A stretch of DNA of 63,977 nt, filler included, from Octopus bimaculoides (taxonomy: Eukaryota), in the NCBI RefSeq assembly GCF_001194135.2. It is 7 parts of 6 records of this genome, joined end to end, with 100 filler letters (N's around TTAATTAATTAA, not from the genome) between each part and the next. Parts side by side here need not be neighbours in the genome. Positions count along the whole stretch, not along the records: positions 11,621 to 22,116 come from NC_069001.1; positions 22,217 to 35,195 come from NC_068993.1; 5 more parts are not named here. The stretch is one strand, 5' to 3'. The notes beneath the pieces were generated by a model that was not told where the DNA came from, searched no databases, and saw only the letters and a program-made list of their open reading frames with translations. Below are positions 12,291 to 23,883 of the stretch, piece by piece (position 1 is the first letter of the stretch; each line of letters opens with the position of its first letter). A program made the position numbers and the translations under genes.

Positions 12291-13434
12291 AATCAGAGAA
12301 TGGGGAATCCCATGCTTGCAGCAGGTAGTGTTTGAAATGGATGCAAGAGCTATAAAAAGCTTGCAGTATTTACTCCCATTAATGTAGGGTCCCTGTTGCT
12401 CTAAGATCCTCCACTTGGTATTGTATGGGGTCCCTTCATCTTTGTGGTGTCACATGTGGCTGGCAAGGGATGTGATGAATTGTCTTTCCGGAATCTTGAA
12501 AGAGAGCCTGTGTTTGAAGCCCATCCCAGCTGACCCAATATATTTTCAGGCTTGGGTGTTGGTTGTGCTCACATTACTGACATATCTTCAATTGGCTCCA
12601 GGTCTGGAGATGTTGCTAGAGCTGCCATCAGTGCTGTTATCAATATGAGGTGTGGGTCTGGCAATATTGCTGCAGCTGTTGTCATTGTGGTGGTCATCTA
12701 TGAGGCTGTGGTGATTTCCAGACCTAGCAACCATAGTAATAGCAACAACAGATCACCCAACAACATCGAAGGTATTGGCAGTGGAAGAAACACCAGCACT
12801 GATGCAAACGATCCCACCACCAGCACTACGGCTGGAGATGATGACCATGCCAACACCATCAGCACTAGTGTGGCTACTGGCCCCATGCCCAATATTACCA
12901 ATAACAGCACCCACATCACTATCAGCAACAGTGATACCAACACCATGGCCAGGGATGACCAGCACAACAACAGCCACAGTAATATTGCCAGACCTATGTC
13001 TCTTAATGATAACAGCACTGGTAGCAGCTCCAGCAACACTGGTGGCAACAACTACATCTTCAGGCCAACCGAAGATGCACCAATAATGTGAGCACAACCA
13101 ACACCCAAGCCTGGAGATATATCAGCTCAGCCAGGACAGCCTTCAAGTGGCTCCTGTGCAACCACAGGTCTTCTTTCAGGATTCTGGAAAGATGATTTGT
13201 CATATCCTTAGCCAGCCACGTTTGGTGCCTCAAAGATGAAAGGACCCCATATGATATCAAGTGGAGGATCTTAGAGTGGCCAGGACCCTACATTAACAGG
13301 AGTGAATGCTGCAAGCTTTGAATAGCTGAGCAAGCAAGAATACTCAAAGACACCCTGAAACCTGGATCACTGAACATTTGCCAGAAAATTTACAGCCCTT
13401 GCATTCATTTCAAATGAACCCCCGTTCTCTGATT
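12291..13434. mobile_element. Fold-back element: diverged inverted arms 12291-12576 and 13084-13434 around a ~510-bp low-complexity spacer
   Basis: Both arms end in cttgggtgttggttgtgctcacatta facing the spacer. The track shows paralogous peptides on opposite strands (YFQAWVLVVLTLL / YLQAWVLVVLTLL). Confidence 0.85.
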
Positions 13435-13478
13435 ATGTTGTAAAGTGGGTTCCTCCCACTGCTGTGATGTGTGACTGC

Positions 13479-13706
13479 TGTTATATTGTAGTTGCTGTTT
13501 TATGCTACTAGCCACAATAGTTACTAGTCATTAGAACCGTTGTATATCTTTGTACCACAATAGTGATACATTAACTTCTTCTGTCCACAAGACACTTACT
13601 AGAACTGTCGACTCTCAACCCCACTCTTGATGACCGGCTACTGGACTATTTATAATGGCTGATCCTACCACTTTTTACCAGGAGAGGTATACAATTTCAC
13701 TATACA
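13479..13706 (-). mobile_element. Putative 3' LTR (228 bp) of a Gypsy-like element
   Basis: Minus strand starts TGTATAGTG immediately after a PPT and can end at ATATAACA (TG...CA). Left boundary inferred. Confidence 0.6.
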
Positions 13707-13717
13707 TCTCCCCTTTT
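13707..13717 (-). other. Polypurine tract AAAAGGGGAGA
   Basis: Directly abuts the TG that starts the putative LTR. Confidence 0.65.
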
Positions 13718-13797
13718 AATCATTTCATTTAACAAACAATTTCTTTTATTCACCCCACCTCCTCCGTTTTTATATATACCCTTCTTAGGGTCTACTT

Positions 13798-14247
13798 TTA
13801 GGAATTCAGTGTTCTTCCTTTCCCTTGTATAAATTTCACACATTCTTTAGTAACTATGCCTTTGTAAGTAGTGAAATCTTCATCATCGCTCTTTTCTATG
13901 TTTAAACATTTCCATCTAGTATTAAACAGTGAGCTCCGTTCACTAAACATTTTGCACAAAATGTCAACTGTCTCAGTGAAATTTATGTTGGATGCTTTTC
14001 TTGGCAACATGTACTTCTCATGCTCTACTGTCACTAGTTTTCTTGAAACTAGACATGTTTTCATTTCGTCCATCCAATCCTGACATTCTTTTTCAAAAAT
14101 TTGTTCAAATCTTTGAAAGTAAACCTTGAAGGTTACTCCTTCTTCGAGGTCATATTTGAATTCACTTATGGAATTTGCTGCATGGTCAGGTGAAAATGTA
14201 TTCTCTGGTTTCGTTATCGACTTAATCAGTTCTAACATTTGCTGCAA
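13798..14247 (-). pseudogene. Gypsy (K02A2.6-like) gag N-terminal fragment
   Basis: ANSISEFKYDLEEGVTFKVYFQRFEQIF...RKL...FSERSSLFNTRWKCLNIEKSDDEDFTTY resembles the gag of K02A2.6-like Gypsy elements. No pol follows. Confidence 0.75.
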
Positions 14248-14991
14248 TCCTTGTTTTTCTCGTTGTTCCTTGAATTAATATAAAGATAGCATGATTTATC
14301 ACCCCAATATTCCATAAGTAAATACCCAGAACAATCTTGATAGAAACCATCTTATAAATAAATAATTAAGTACAGGAATGAACATTAAACTTTCCTTTCT
14401 AATGTTGAAAACTGGTATATATACACACAGTTTATCTATTCTGGTTATAATATCATTTTTAGTAATCTTAAATTTTATCTTCATAAAACATAACAATATT
14501 GTTTATATACAATCATCCATTGTACCCCATGATAATTTCCTCTGTATTAACATCATAAGTTTTATTAGCGTCTTGCTCCTTTAACTGCTATTTAGGATCT
14601 TCCCCTACCCTCCTTTATAGACAATTATACATTTCCTAAAATCCTGACAATATTTATGACCATACCCAACTATAAAATGTCAACTCACTCTGTCTATCAT
14701 TCTAAACAGACACTGTTCTCTAGCCTTAGATTTGGTAGTTGATAAAAAAAGACAAATAAATTAAAAATAAATCACAATCCTTCACAAACTGTGACCCTAA
14801 CAAACCCCATACAATTCTGAGAAGTGTAGTATATTTTGAGGTACATTAGTAGCAACATGGACTTTTTCCCTCTTCTTGCTCTATTAGAGAANNNNNNNNN
14901 NNNNNNNNNNNNNNNNNNNNNNNNNNNNNNNNNNNNNNNNNNNNNNNNNNNNNNNNNNNNNNNNNNNNNNNNNNNNNNNNNNNNNNNNNNN

Positions 14992-15028
<37 letters not shown>

Positions 15029-15045
15029 CACACACACACTCCTAG

Positions 15046-16583
15046 AAATTGAAAGCAAGACCAAACTCTCTCATGAAAGGGAAAGAGCAGAGAGAGAGAA
15101 AAGGGCTGTGGAAAACATAAAAACGAATCCCAAAGCTTTCTATAAATTTGCAAAGGAAATAGCAACAATACAATATAAAATAAGACCATTGTTCCAAGGG
15201 AATAACTCATTGACGGCAGGCCCAGAAAAGATAAGTAAGATACTTAGTAAACAATTTCAAAACGTCTTCACTTCCCCCTTGAACACATGCAGATAAAAAA
15301 TCCAGTTGAATTCTTTGATATTGCTGCTCTAAAAAAGAGGGTGCCAGCCATCGATTACATCAGTATTGTGGAAACAGACATAACAGTGCTCCTAGAGGAA
15401 ATGAGCTCATGCTCCGTCACTGGTCCTAATGGCTTCCTAGCTATTTTCCTAAAGTCATGTAAGCAGGCTTTAGTGAAATCACTTCAGATACTTTTCCAAA
15501 GTTTCCTTGCAAGTGGTAAACTTTCTAAACAACTGAAAGAAGGCATTACATGCCCTATCCATGTAATGCCTTCTTTCAGCTTTTTAGAAAGTTTACCACT
15601 TGCAAGGAAACTTTGGAAAAGTACACAAAGGTAGAAGCAGAGCAGAGGCCAAAAACTACAGGCCATTCTTTCTGACTTCACATATCAATAAAGTCACATG
15701 TTTACAGCAGGACCTAAATTCAATATACAAGTGGGCTGAAATAAAAAACATGCAGTTAAATGCTGGAAAATTTCAAGCACTGCACTATCAACTCACGAAT
15801 ATAGTACAATCTACATTTACAGGACCCAAAGGCACTACAATCCCAGAGTCACAGGCAGTGAAAGACTTGGGGATCAGTATGTGCAATGACGCATCATTTC
15901 ATATGCACATTAGCAAGATGGCAGCTAAGTGTGGACAACTGGCAGGATGGATACTGAGGTCCTTCAAGACAACAGACCAAGAAACTATGTTGACCCTGTG
16001 GAGAACCTTTGTTCTCAGCTGCCTGGACTACTGCTCCCAGTTATGGCCACCACATAGTGCTAAACTAACAGCAGAGCTAGAAGCAGTCCAATGCCACTAC
16101 ACTAAAAGTTTGAAACAGTGCAGTGGATGAACTACAGGGATAGGCTGAGAAAAGTACAGCTTTAACTCCCTGGAGTGAAGGTGTGAGAGATATGCAATAA
16201 TATATATATGGAAAATCCTAGAAGGGCTAGTACCTAACTTTGGCATTGAGTGTTATACAAATGGCAGAACTGGCCACCATTGTATTGTACTAAAAGTACT
16301 ATCCAGTCCATCTAAATTCAGAACAAGGTACTGCAAAAGTCTAGGGTTTAAAGGCCCACAACTTTTCAATGCCCTGCCACAAAAATTAAGAAGTTTGCAT
16401 AAGGTGGAAGTAGATGTCTTCAAAACGGAACTAGACATCCTCCTCTCCACAATACCAGATGAATCAACAGCTGGGACACAGGCACATACAGGAGTGGTGA
16501 TGTGAATCACCCAGACTGAGGAAGACAGATCATGGTGGTGCTCCAGCATGACCACAGCCGCATGGCTGAAACAAGTAAAATAG
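15046..16583 (+). mobile_element. CR1-clade LINE, 5'-truncated, internally deleted RT, degenerate ORF2, 3' tail present
   Basis: IKTNPKAFYKFAK; KGRSRAEAKNYRPFFLTSHINKV; LQQDLNSIYKWAEIKNMQLNAGKF; VKDLGI; LDYCSQLWPPH; GPQLFNALP; tail ctgaaacaagtaaaatag. Confidence 0.92.
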
Positions 16584-17256
16584 TATATGTATTTATATAT
16601 ATATATAAATTTGGCAGGAATGGCAACAAAAGAAAGAAAGAGACCTCAATATTATGCAAATAGAGGAATGTATCTGTAAAAATATGTGACACTTATTCAG
16701 TAGCCATGATAAAACTCCGAGAGTTTCCGATGTCCGGGTGGTGTTCCGCTCCAACCATCTCTTCAGTTATCCAACCACCGGAGGTTCTATTTGAAAAACA
16801 ACCGTTATGGAAACGAAAAACAAAGGGAAATAAGCAAACATAAACATAAACAAAGGGAAATTACCGTGTGGTGTCAAAACCCGTCTAAATTTGTGTATAT
16901 CATACACGCACGCACATACCTCAAAGTGCATACGTTTATATCTACGTGCGCACGTATCCTTGCACATATACTGTTCCTTGTGCGTGTCTATAAGCGCACG
17001 GAAAAGAGGTTGGAGGAGAAAAAACAGAAATACTATTTGTGGGAAAATACAAAAACCATTAACCCTATACCTGTGTAAGAACCTAAAAATAAAATTATAT
17101 TATAATATCGAAATATAAAAATAAAAAATAAAAATATAAGATTCAGGTAAAAAGTGAAAACAGTGAAAGAGGTGAAAGAACTTAATATGGGAGCCTATCA
17201 GTGCCACCCATCAGCACAAAATATTAAAAAATATAAATAAAAAAAATATATATAAA

Positions 17257-17684
17257 GTGACCACCTTGAGAACCCAGTTTCCAAAAAAACTGTTTGCCGG
17301 GAGCTGCACAAAGCGAGATTTCATGGGAGGGCTGCAATCAGAAAACCACTACTTTCAAAAAGAAATGTTGCAAAGTGTTTAGAGTGGAGTAAAAACCTAC
17401 AGAATTGGTCCCTAGAGTAGTGGAAGAAGGTTATTTTCTCAGACGAGTCATCCTTTACCTTATTTCTGACCACCAACTGAGTGTACGTGTGGAGACAGCC
17501 AAAAGAAGCATTTGACCTAGACTGCCTTCTTCCAACTGTTAAACATGGAGGAGGATCTGCAATGATCTAGGGGGCTATATCTTGGAAATCCGCCAGCCCA
17601 ATGGTTTCCCTTCATGGCAGAATTAATAGTCAAGACTATTTAAGCATTTTATCTGATCAAATTCATCCTATGGTTGTGAAACTG
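17257..17684 (+). mobile_element. Tc1-like (DD34E) transposase fragment, same family as 51067-52459
   Basis: RKPLLSKRN...WKKVIFSDESSFTLF...PTVKHGGGS...YLSILSDQIHP; in-frame stops; ends at a gap. Confidence 0.9.
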
Positions 17685-19272
17685 NNNNNNNNNNNNNNNN
17701 NNNNNNNNNNNNNNNNNNNNNNNNNNNNNNNNNNNNNNNNNNNNNNNNNNNNNNNNNNNNNNNNNNNNNNNNNNNNNNNNNNNNNNNNNNNNNNNNNNNN
17801 NNNNNNNNNNNNNNNNNNNNNNNNNNNNNNNNNNNNNNNNNNNNNNNNNNNNNNNNNNNNNNNNNNNNNNNNNNNNNNNNNNNNNNNNNNNNNNNNNNNN
17901 NNNNNNNNNNNNNNNNNNNNNNNNNNNNNNNNNNNNNNNNNNNNNNNNNNNNNNNNNNNNNNNNNNNNNNNNNNNNNNNNNNNNNNNNNNNNNNNNNNNN
18001 NNNNNNNNNNNNNNNNNNNNNNNNNNNNNNNNNNNNNNNNNNNNNNNNNNNNNNNNNNNNNNNNNNNNNNNNNNNNNNNNNNNNNNNNNNNNNNNNNNNN
18101 NNNNNNNNNNNNNNNNNNNNNNNNNNNNNNNNNNNNNNNNNNNNNNNNNNNNNNNNNNNNNNNNNNNNNNNNNNNNNNNNNNNNNNNNNNNNNNNNNNNN
18201 NNNNNNNNNNNNNNNNNNNNNNNNNNNNNNNNNNNNNNNNNNNNNNNNNNNNNNNNNNNNNNNNNNNNNNNNNNNNNNNNNNNNNNNNNNNNNNNNNNNN
18301 NNNNNNNNNNNNNNNNNNNNNNNNNNNNNNNNNNNNNNNNNNNNNNNNNNNNNNNNNNNNNNNNNNNNNNNNNNNNNNNNNNNNNNNNNNNNNNNNNNNN
18401 NNNNNNNNNNNNNNNNNNNNNNNNNNNNNNNNNNNNNNNNNNNNNNNNNNNNNNNNNNNNNNNNNNNNNNNNNNNNNNNNNNNNNNNNNNNNNNNNNNNN
18501 NNNNNNNNNNNNNNNNNNNNNNNNNNNNNNNNNNNNNNNNNNNNNNNNNNNNNNNNNNACGCATCCATTTCCAAGTACGTTTTATCTTAATAATTCTGAT
18601 GTGACACTATTTTATCACTATCTCTATTCCTTTCTCCTTTCCTCTTTCTATATTCTTTTTTTCTCTCCCACCCTTTCTCTAATTCTTCTCCCCCCCCTTC
18701 ACTGTTCTCTATCCCCCCCCCTCTCTCTCACTTCCTCCTTGACTCTCTCATTGCTCACACATGACCAGTGGCCATCTTTCTTCTCCTAACTCGAATTTCT
18801 TTCTTCTTGTTCAGCTACAAGGGATAGCACACATTTTTGTCTGTCTCCTGTCAAAGCTTGTTCTCCAGTGTTCACCACTTCACCTCATTATGGCTTAACA
18901 GCCCTTATCATTTGTTTTAACTGTCCTGTTTTTGTTACCAACTTTGACCCTCCACAAATCTCAAATTTTATTTAATTTGCTTTGTGGGAACGACTGTTTT
19001 GACGAAGATGCATCTTGTCCTAATACTCTAAATGCAGAGTAGATAAAACAGTGGACAACTGATATAGGGATTGTTCTTTATGTTGCCTGACTTGTTTTTC
19101 TATTTGTTTCTTTCGTTGTTCAAAAACAGTTCGTTTTCCATGTTTTTGTAATTCATGTTGTTTACATTTTTTGACATCCTATACCCATATATGCATGTGA
19201 ATATGCATATATATGTAAGTATGTACATGTATGTATGTATATATATGCATATATATATATATTATATTATTT

Positions 19273-19368
<96 letters not shown>

Positions 19369-19377
19369 TATAGACAT

Positions 19378-19875
19378 ACATCATCATCATTGTTTAACGT
19401 CCGTTTTCCATGCTGGCACGGGTTGGACGGTTTGACTGGGGGACTGACAAGCCAGTAAGCTGTACCAGGCTCCAATCTGATCTGGCAAGGTTTTGACTCA
19501 ATATGTCTTCTCAAGCACAGCGTATCGCCCAGACATTCAAAGGTACTTTTAAAATGGACTGGTTTTGCGACACTGGTATAGGCTACAGCTGTGATCTCAC
19601 TTTACTTGCTGGGCCTTCTTAATCACAGCATATCTCCAAAGGTTTCAGTCTCTTGTCATTGCCTCTGTGAGGCTCAACGTTCGAAGGTTGTACTTCACCA
19701 CCTCATCCCATGTCTTCCTGGGTCTCCCTATTCCACAGGTTCCTTCTACTGTTAGGGTGTGACACTTCTTCATACAGCTCTCCTCACCATATGCAGCACA
19801 TGACTATACCAGCACAGTCATCTCTGTTGTACACCACATCTCATACTTCTTATGTTCAACATTTCTCTCAGGACA
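19378..19875 (-). mobile_element. RTE-clade LINE 3' fragment: ORF2 C-terminus, 3' UTR, (GAT)n tail
   Basis: Minus strand [10 protein letters not shown]...VEGTCGIGRPRKTWDEVVK...NLWRYAV, then ccagcatggaaaacggacgttaaacaatgatgatg. Confidence 0.85.
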
Positions 19876-19927
<52 letters not shown>

Positions 19928-19969
19928 CACTGGTGGTACCCCAGCCTCAGGGATGAAATAAATAAAAGA

Positions 19970-20022
<53 letters not shown>

Positions 20023-20030
20023 TATACACA

Positions 20031-20420
20031 CAGTGTACCCCTGCTTATTCACGGTTTGGCATTCGCAGTCCTGGGATTGTAAATATCATCTGTGATCTTT
20101 TATGGCTTTTTTTGTTGTAATATATATTCTTTCACACTTTTTAAGGCTAAATTATTAATAGCAATATACTGTATTTGCCAGCTTACTGGACACCACTTCG
20201 CAGTTGAAGCACCCACTGATTAGAATAGCCATGCATCACGTCGCTTGATTGTTTTAGATACATGTACACTGTATCTTGTATCTCTTATTCATATTTTCAA
20301 TCAAAGCTTGCTAATTAGTATAGTTACATCTATCTATATTTCAAACATACGCACTCCCTCTCCCTCTCTTGCTGTATTTATCTCTCAACAACAACAACCT
20401 TGCTTTGTAGTGAGAGTATA
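20031..20420 (+). mobile_element. Possible pogo/Tigger-like non-autonomous element end
   Basis: Start cagtgtacccctgcttattcacggtttggcattcgcag resembles pogo-type termini. No partner TIR found. Confidence 0.35.
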
Positions 20421-20427
20421 TATATAT

Positions 20428-21224
20428 TACATGGAAAAATGTGAGCAAGAGAAGTAATATTCTTAAGAATATAAAACTGGAAAAGTACAGGACAAGTTAT
20501 TACATCTGGTAAAGTACAGAACAAGAAAATTTTTACTTAAAATATTGCAGCTAAGGATTAGATTTAGAAAATAATAGCTTTTATTAAAACTAAAAATTTT
20601 ATTACAAGTTGTTACTTCTATTTGTTATTGCTTGTTACTTCTATTAAAAAATTAAAATAACTCAATTAAAATATTTTTTGCATTTCAAAAAAATTCATTA
20701 TTTTAATTATTAATTAATAATTCAAAATTTGAAAATAGGTTATAGAAAATAATAGTAGTACATAATTAGTACAATAAATAGAATAATACAAAAATTAGTT
20801 ATATACTACAGTAAAATCTACCTATAACTGCAAATTCACAGTAAAATTTGCCTGAGTTATTGCCTAAGTTATTGCCAAATCTTCACATTTTTAATCTTGA
20901 CCTAATGTCTATTTTTTACATAATGAATTTGCCTACCATATATACTATTCTATTTTGCATAAAACTTTAGCTATATTGGTACTTCTGGAACTCATTTTTT
21001 AAGTATTCTAGTGTCAATATTTTAACAAAATGTTGGTACCTTTTTAATTATAATGTTACTTTGTAAATTAAAATCAAATAATTTTAAATTTTCAAATTTT
21101 CTCCTTAGCTGCAATATTTTAAGCAAAAATTTTATTGTTCTGTACTTTACCAGATGTAATAACTTGTCCCATACTTTTCCAGTTTTATAATCATAAGAAT
21201 ATGTTGCTCGCATTTTTCCATGTA
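20428..21224. mobile_element. MITE-like element with ~140-bp inverted arms (20428-20572 / 21085-21224)
   Basis: tacatggaaaaatg.gagcaa...ataaaactggaaaagta..ggacaagttattacatctggtaaagtacagaacaa is present in both orientations. Confidence 0.75.
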
Positions 21225-21229
21225 GTCCA

Positions 21230-21933
21230 TGTTTTTTCCAGGCTATGTTATTATGCTAATTAATAATGTGTCAAATATGTCAATTAGAAGTGTCATTAAT
21301 AATTTTTTCCTTATTTTGATGCCGCTGACATATATTAAAAGTCCCTTATAGAACTATATTCATAAAAACATATAGAACTATATTATAACCCTCAAATTTG
21401 AGAAACAAACACTCATAACTTTTTTTCTTTTAAAACTTCATTGCATGAGATTGATGCCATGAAATTCCTTGAATTGAGCTCTATCATTTAAGCTAATTAA
21501 AATATAGTTTGTTTTTAAAATAAAAAAAGTTAATTATACTTAAATCCAATTTTTTGCCTTATATTTTATTTCATATTTTACCTCACAACTTTTTTGATAC
21601 AAATTTTTGTTGCATGGGACCAAAACTATGAAATTCTTCATGCTTTCTTCTATCATTGAAGCTAGGATAAATATATTTTGCCTTTGAAATAAAAAAAGTT
21701 ATTTAGATCTAATCTTGATTGGTGGCGTTCCTTACCCGCCTATAACATTGCTACAAATTTTGATGTAAATTTTTTCTACTGGAACAAATCTCAATTTTCT
21801 ATGCCAAAATGTTGCTAGGGACCAGTCCTCTTCAAAAATGTTAACAGTTTTCAATTTGGTTAAGAACTGAATTTGCAACAAACTCGAAAAAATGCTGCAT
21901 GTGAGTAAATTGCGGCCTTAAGAATATTATTCA
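21230..21933 (-). mobile_element. DNA-transposon-like remnant ending CC-TTAA, family of the 8279 element
   Basis: aatttggttaagaactga...gtgagtaaattgcggccttaagaatattattca is the reverse-complement match of 8300-8385. Left boundary uncertain. Confidence 0.5.
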
Positions 21934-21960
21934 GTTACTACCATAGTTGAATGAAAGATA

Positions 21961-22116
21961 TCATCATCATCATCATCATCATCGTTTAATGTCCGCTTTC
22001 CATGCTAGCATGGGTTGGACGATTTGACTGAACTGGTGAAACCAGATGGCTACACCAGGCTCCAATCTGATTTCGCAGAGTTTCTACAGCTGGATGCCCT
22101 TCCTAACGCCAACCAC
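21961..22116 (-). mobile_element. RTE-type 3' tail fragment
   Basis: (CAT)n cgtttaatgtccgctttccatgctagcatgggttggacg...ggatgcccttcctaacgccaaccac. Confidence 0.8.
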
Positions 22117-22312
22117 NNNNNNNNNNNNNNNNNNNNNNNNNNNNNNNNNNNNNNNNNNNNTTAATTAATTAANNNNNNNNNNNNNNNNNNNNNNNNNNNN
22201 NNNNNNNNNNNNNNNNTATATATATATATATGTATGTATGTATGTATGTATATATGCATATATCTGTATGTGCGTGTTTATGTGTTAAAATATATAATAC
22301 GTATGCAGATAG

Positions 22313-22343
<31 letters not shown>

Positions 22344-22964
22344 ATTCATGATAAATACTATATCGGAGCGTAAAATAAATATAGCGAACTGAATACAAGG
22401 TGAAGTAAATAAATTATTAAACAAAGATGTAAGGAAAATATCTTAGTGCTTCAAATTTTGTCAGGTAAATAAAATGAACTATGCAGTATTGCCCATAGAT
22501 ATCAGACGTACGACGTTTACATAGCAAAAGAGGGACATTATCATAGGATTCATCTGGGGAAACTTTAAGTAGCAAATAATTATCTCCTAAAATTTAATAA
22601 TAATGGTTTCAAATTTTCTCTCAGGGCTTTTAAAGAGAGAATGTTAGTCGAGTTCATCAATTCTAGTACTTGACAGGTGTTTTATTTTATCGACCGCGAA
22701 AGGATGAAATGCAAACATGACATCGGCGAAATTTCATTCAGAGCATAAACACCTGGGAGGATTATGGCAAAATATTTGGCCCGACGCGATTGCGATTCCA
22801 CCATCTAACGTATATATACATATATAAACGTATTTAAATACAGACATACATACACTTACGAAAACATATAACATGTATTTATATATTGCATTCATATATT
22901 ATAATAATAATAATAATAATGATAATAATAATAATATCAACAACAGCAATAATAATAATAATTA

Positions 22965-23174
22965 CAAATTTTGGCACAAAGCCTGTATGTTTGGGGAAGG
23001 GTATAAGTCGATTGTATTAACCTCAATGTTTAATTTGTACCTATTTTATGGACCCCGAAAGGATGAATGGCACAAGTCGACCTCGGCGGAATTTGAACTC
23101 AGAATGTGAAGGCGGACGAAATGCCGCTAAAATGTTTGCCTAGAGTGCTAACGAAACTGCCGGATCACTGCCTT
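22965..23174 (-). mobile_element. SINE family A, tail type 2
   Basis: gaccccgaaaggatgaa...gtcgacctcggcggaatttgaactcagaa...gtgctaacg. Confidence 0.8.
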
Positions 23175-23202
23175 AATACTACTACTACTACTNNNNNNNN
23201 NN

Positions 23203-23247
<45 letters not shown>

Positions 23248-23583
23248 TCTAGATCGATGATACATCTGGTGATGGTGTCACAATAAAAACACTGGTAATT
23301 GCGCAACATTATAATCGCTATCTCATGTGAGTGACAATGAAAAAAACCAAATTATTGTGAATAACGGTGGTAATGAAACTGAAGCCAATGATGGTGATGG
23401 TGTTGCACACGGCAGGCTCAGAGATACTGGTCCGGCTCCAGCTTGTCGTTATCCAGAAATGGACCAGCTCACACAGCGTAGATGGAACAAACAAGTCAAT
23501 GCTGTGGTCTATCTGAGCAACCCTGTAGACGAAAATGGTACTCAAATTAGGGGATACCGATAGCGTGTGCATGATCAATGGTA

Positions 23584-23633
<50 letters not shown>

Positions 23634-23634
<1 letters not shown>

Positions 23635-23800
23635 CCTCTTTTATAATGGTACAAGGACTGAAATTTTGTGGGAGGGGATTAGTCGATTACATGAAAGGCA
23701 AAGTCGACCTCGACGTAATCTGAACTCAGAACGTGCAGAGGGACTAAGAGCCGCTAAGCAGTTTGCCTGGTGTGCTAACGGTTCTGCCAGCTCGCCGCCT
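23634..23800 (-). mobile_element. SINE family A with internal deletion
   Basis: gaaaggcaaagtcgacctcgac...tgaactcagaacgt...gtgctaacggttctgccagctcgccgcc. Confidence 0.8.
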
Positions 23801-23830
23801 TAATAATAATAATGCTAATAATAAAAAATA

Positions 23831-23883
<53 letters not shown>

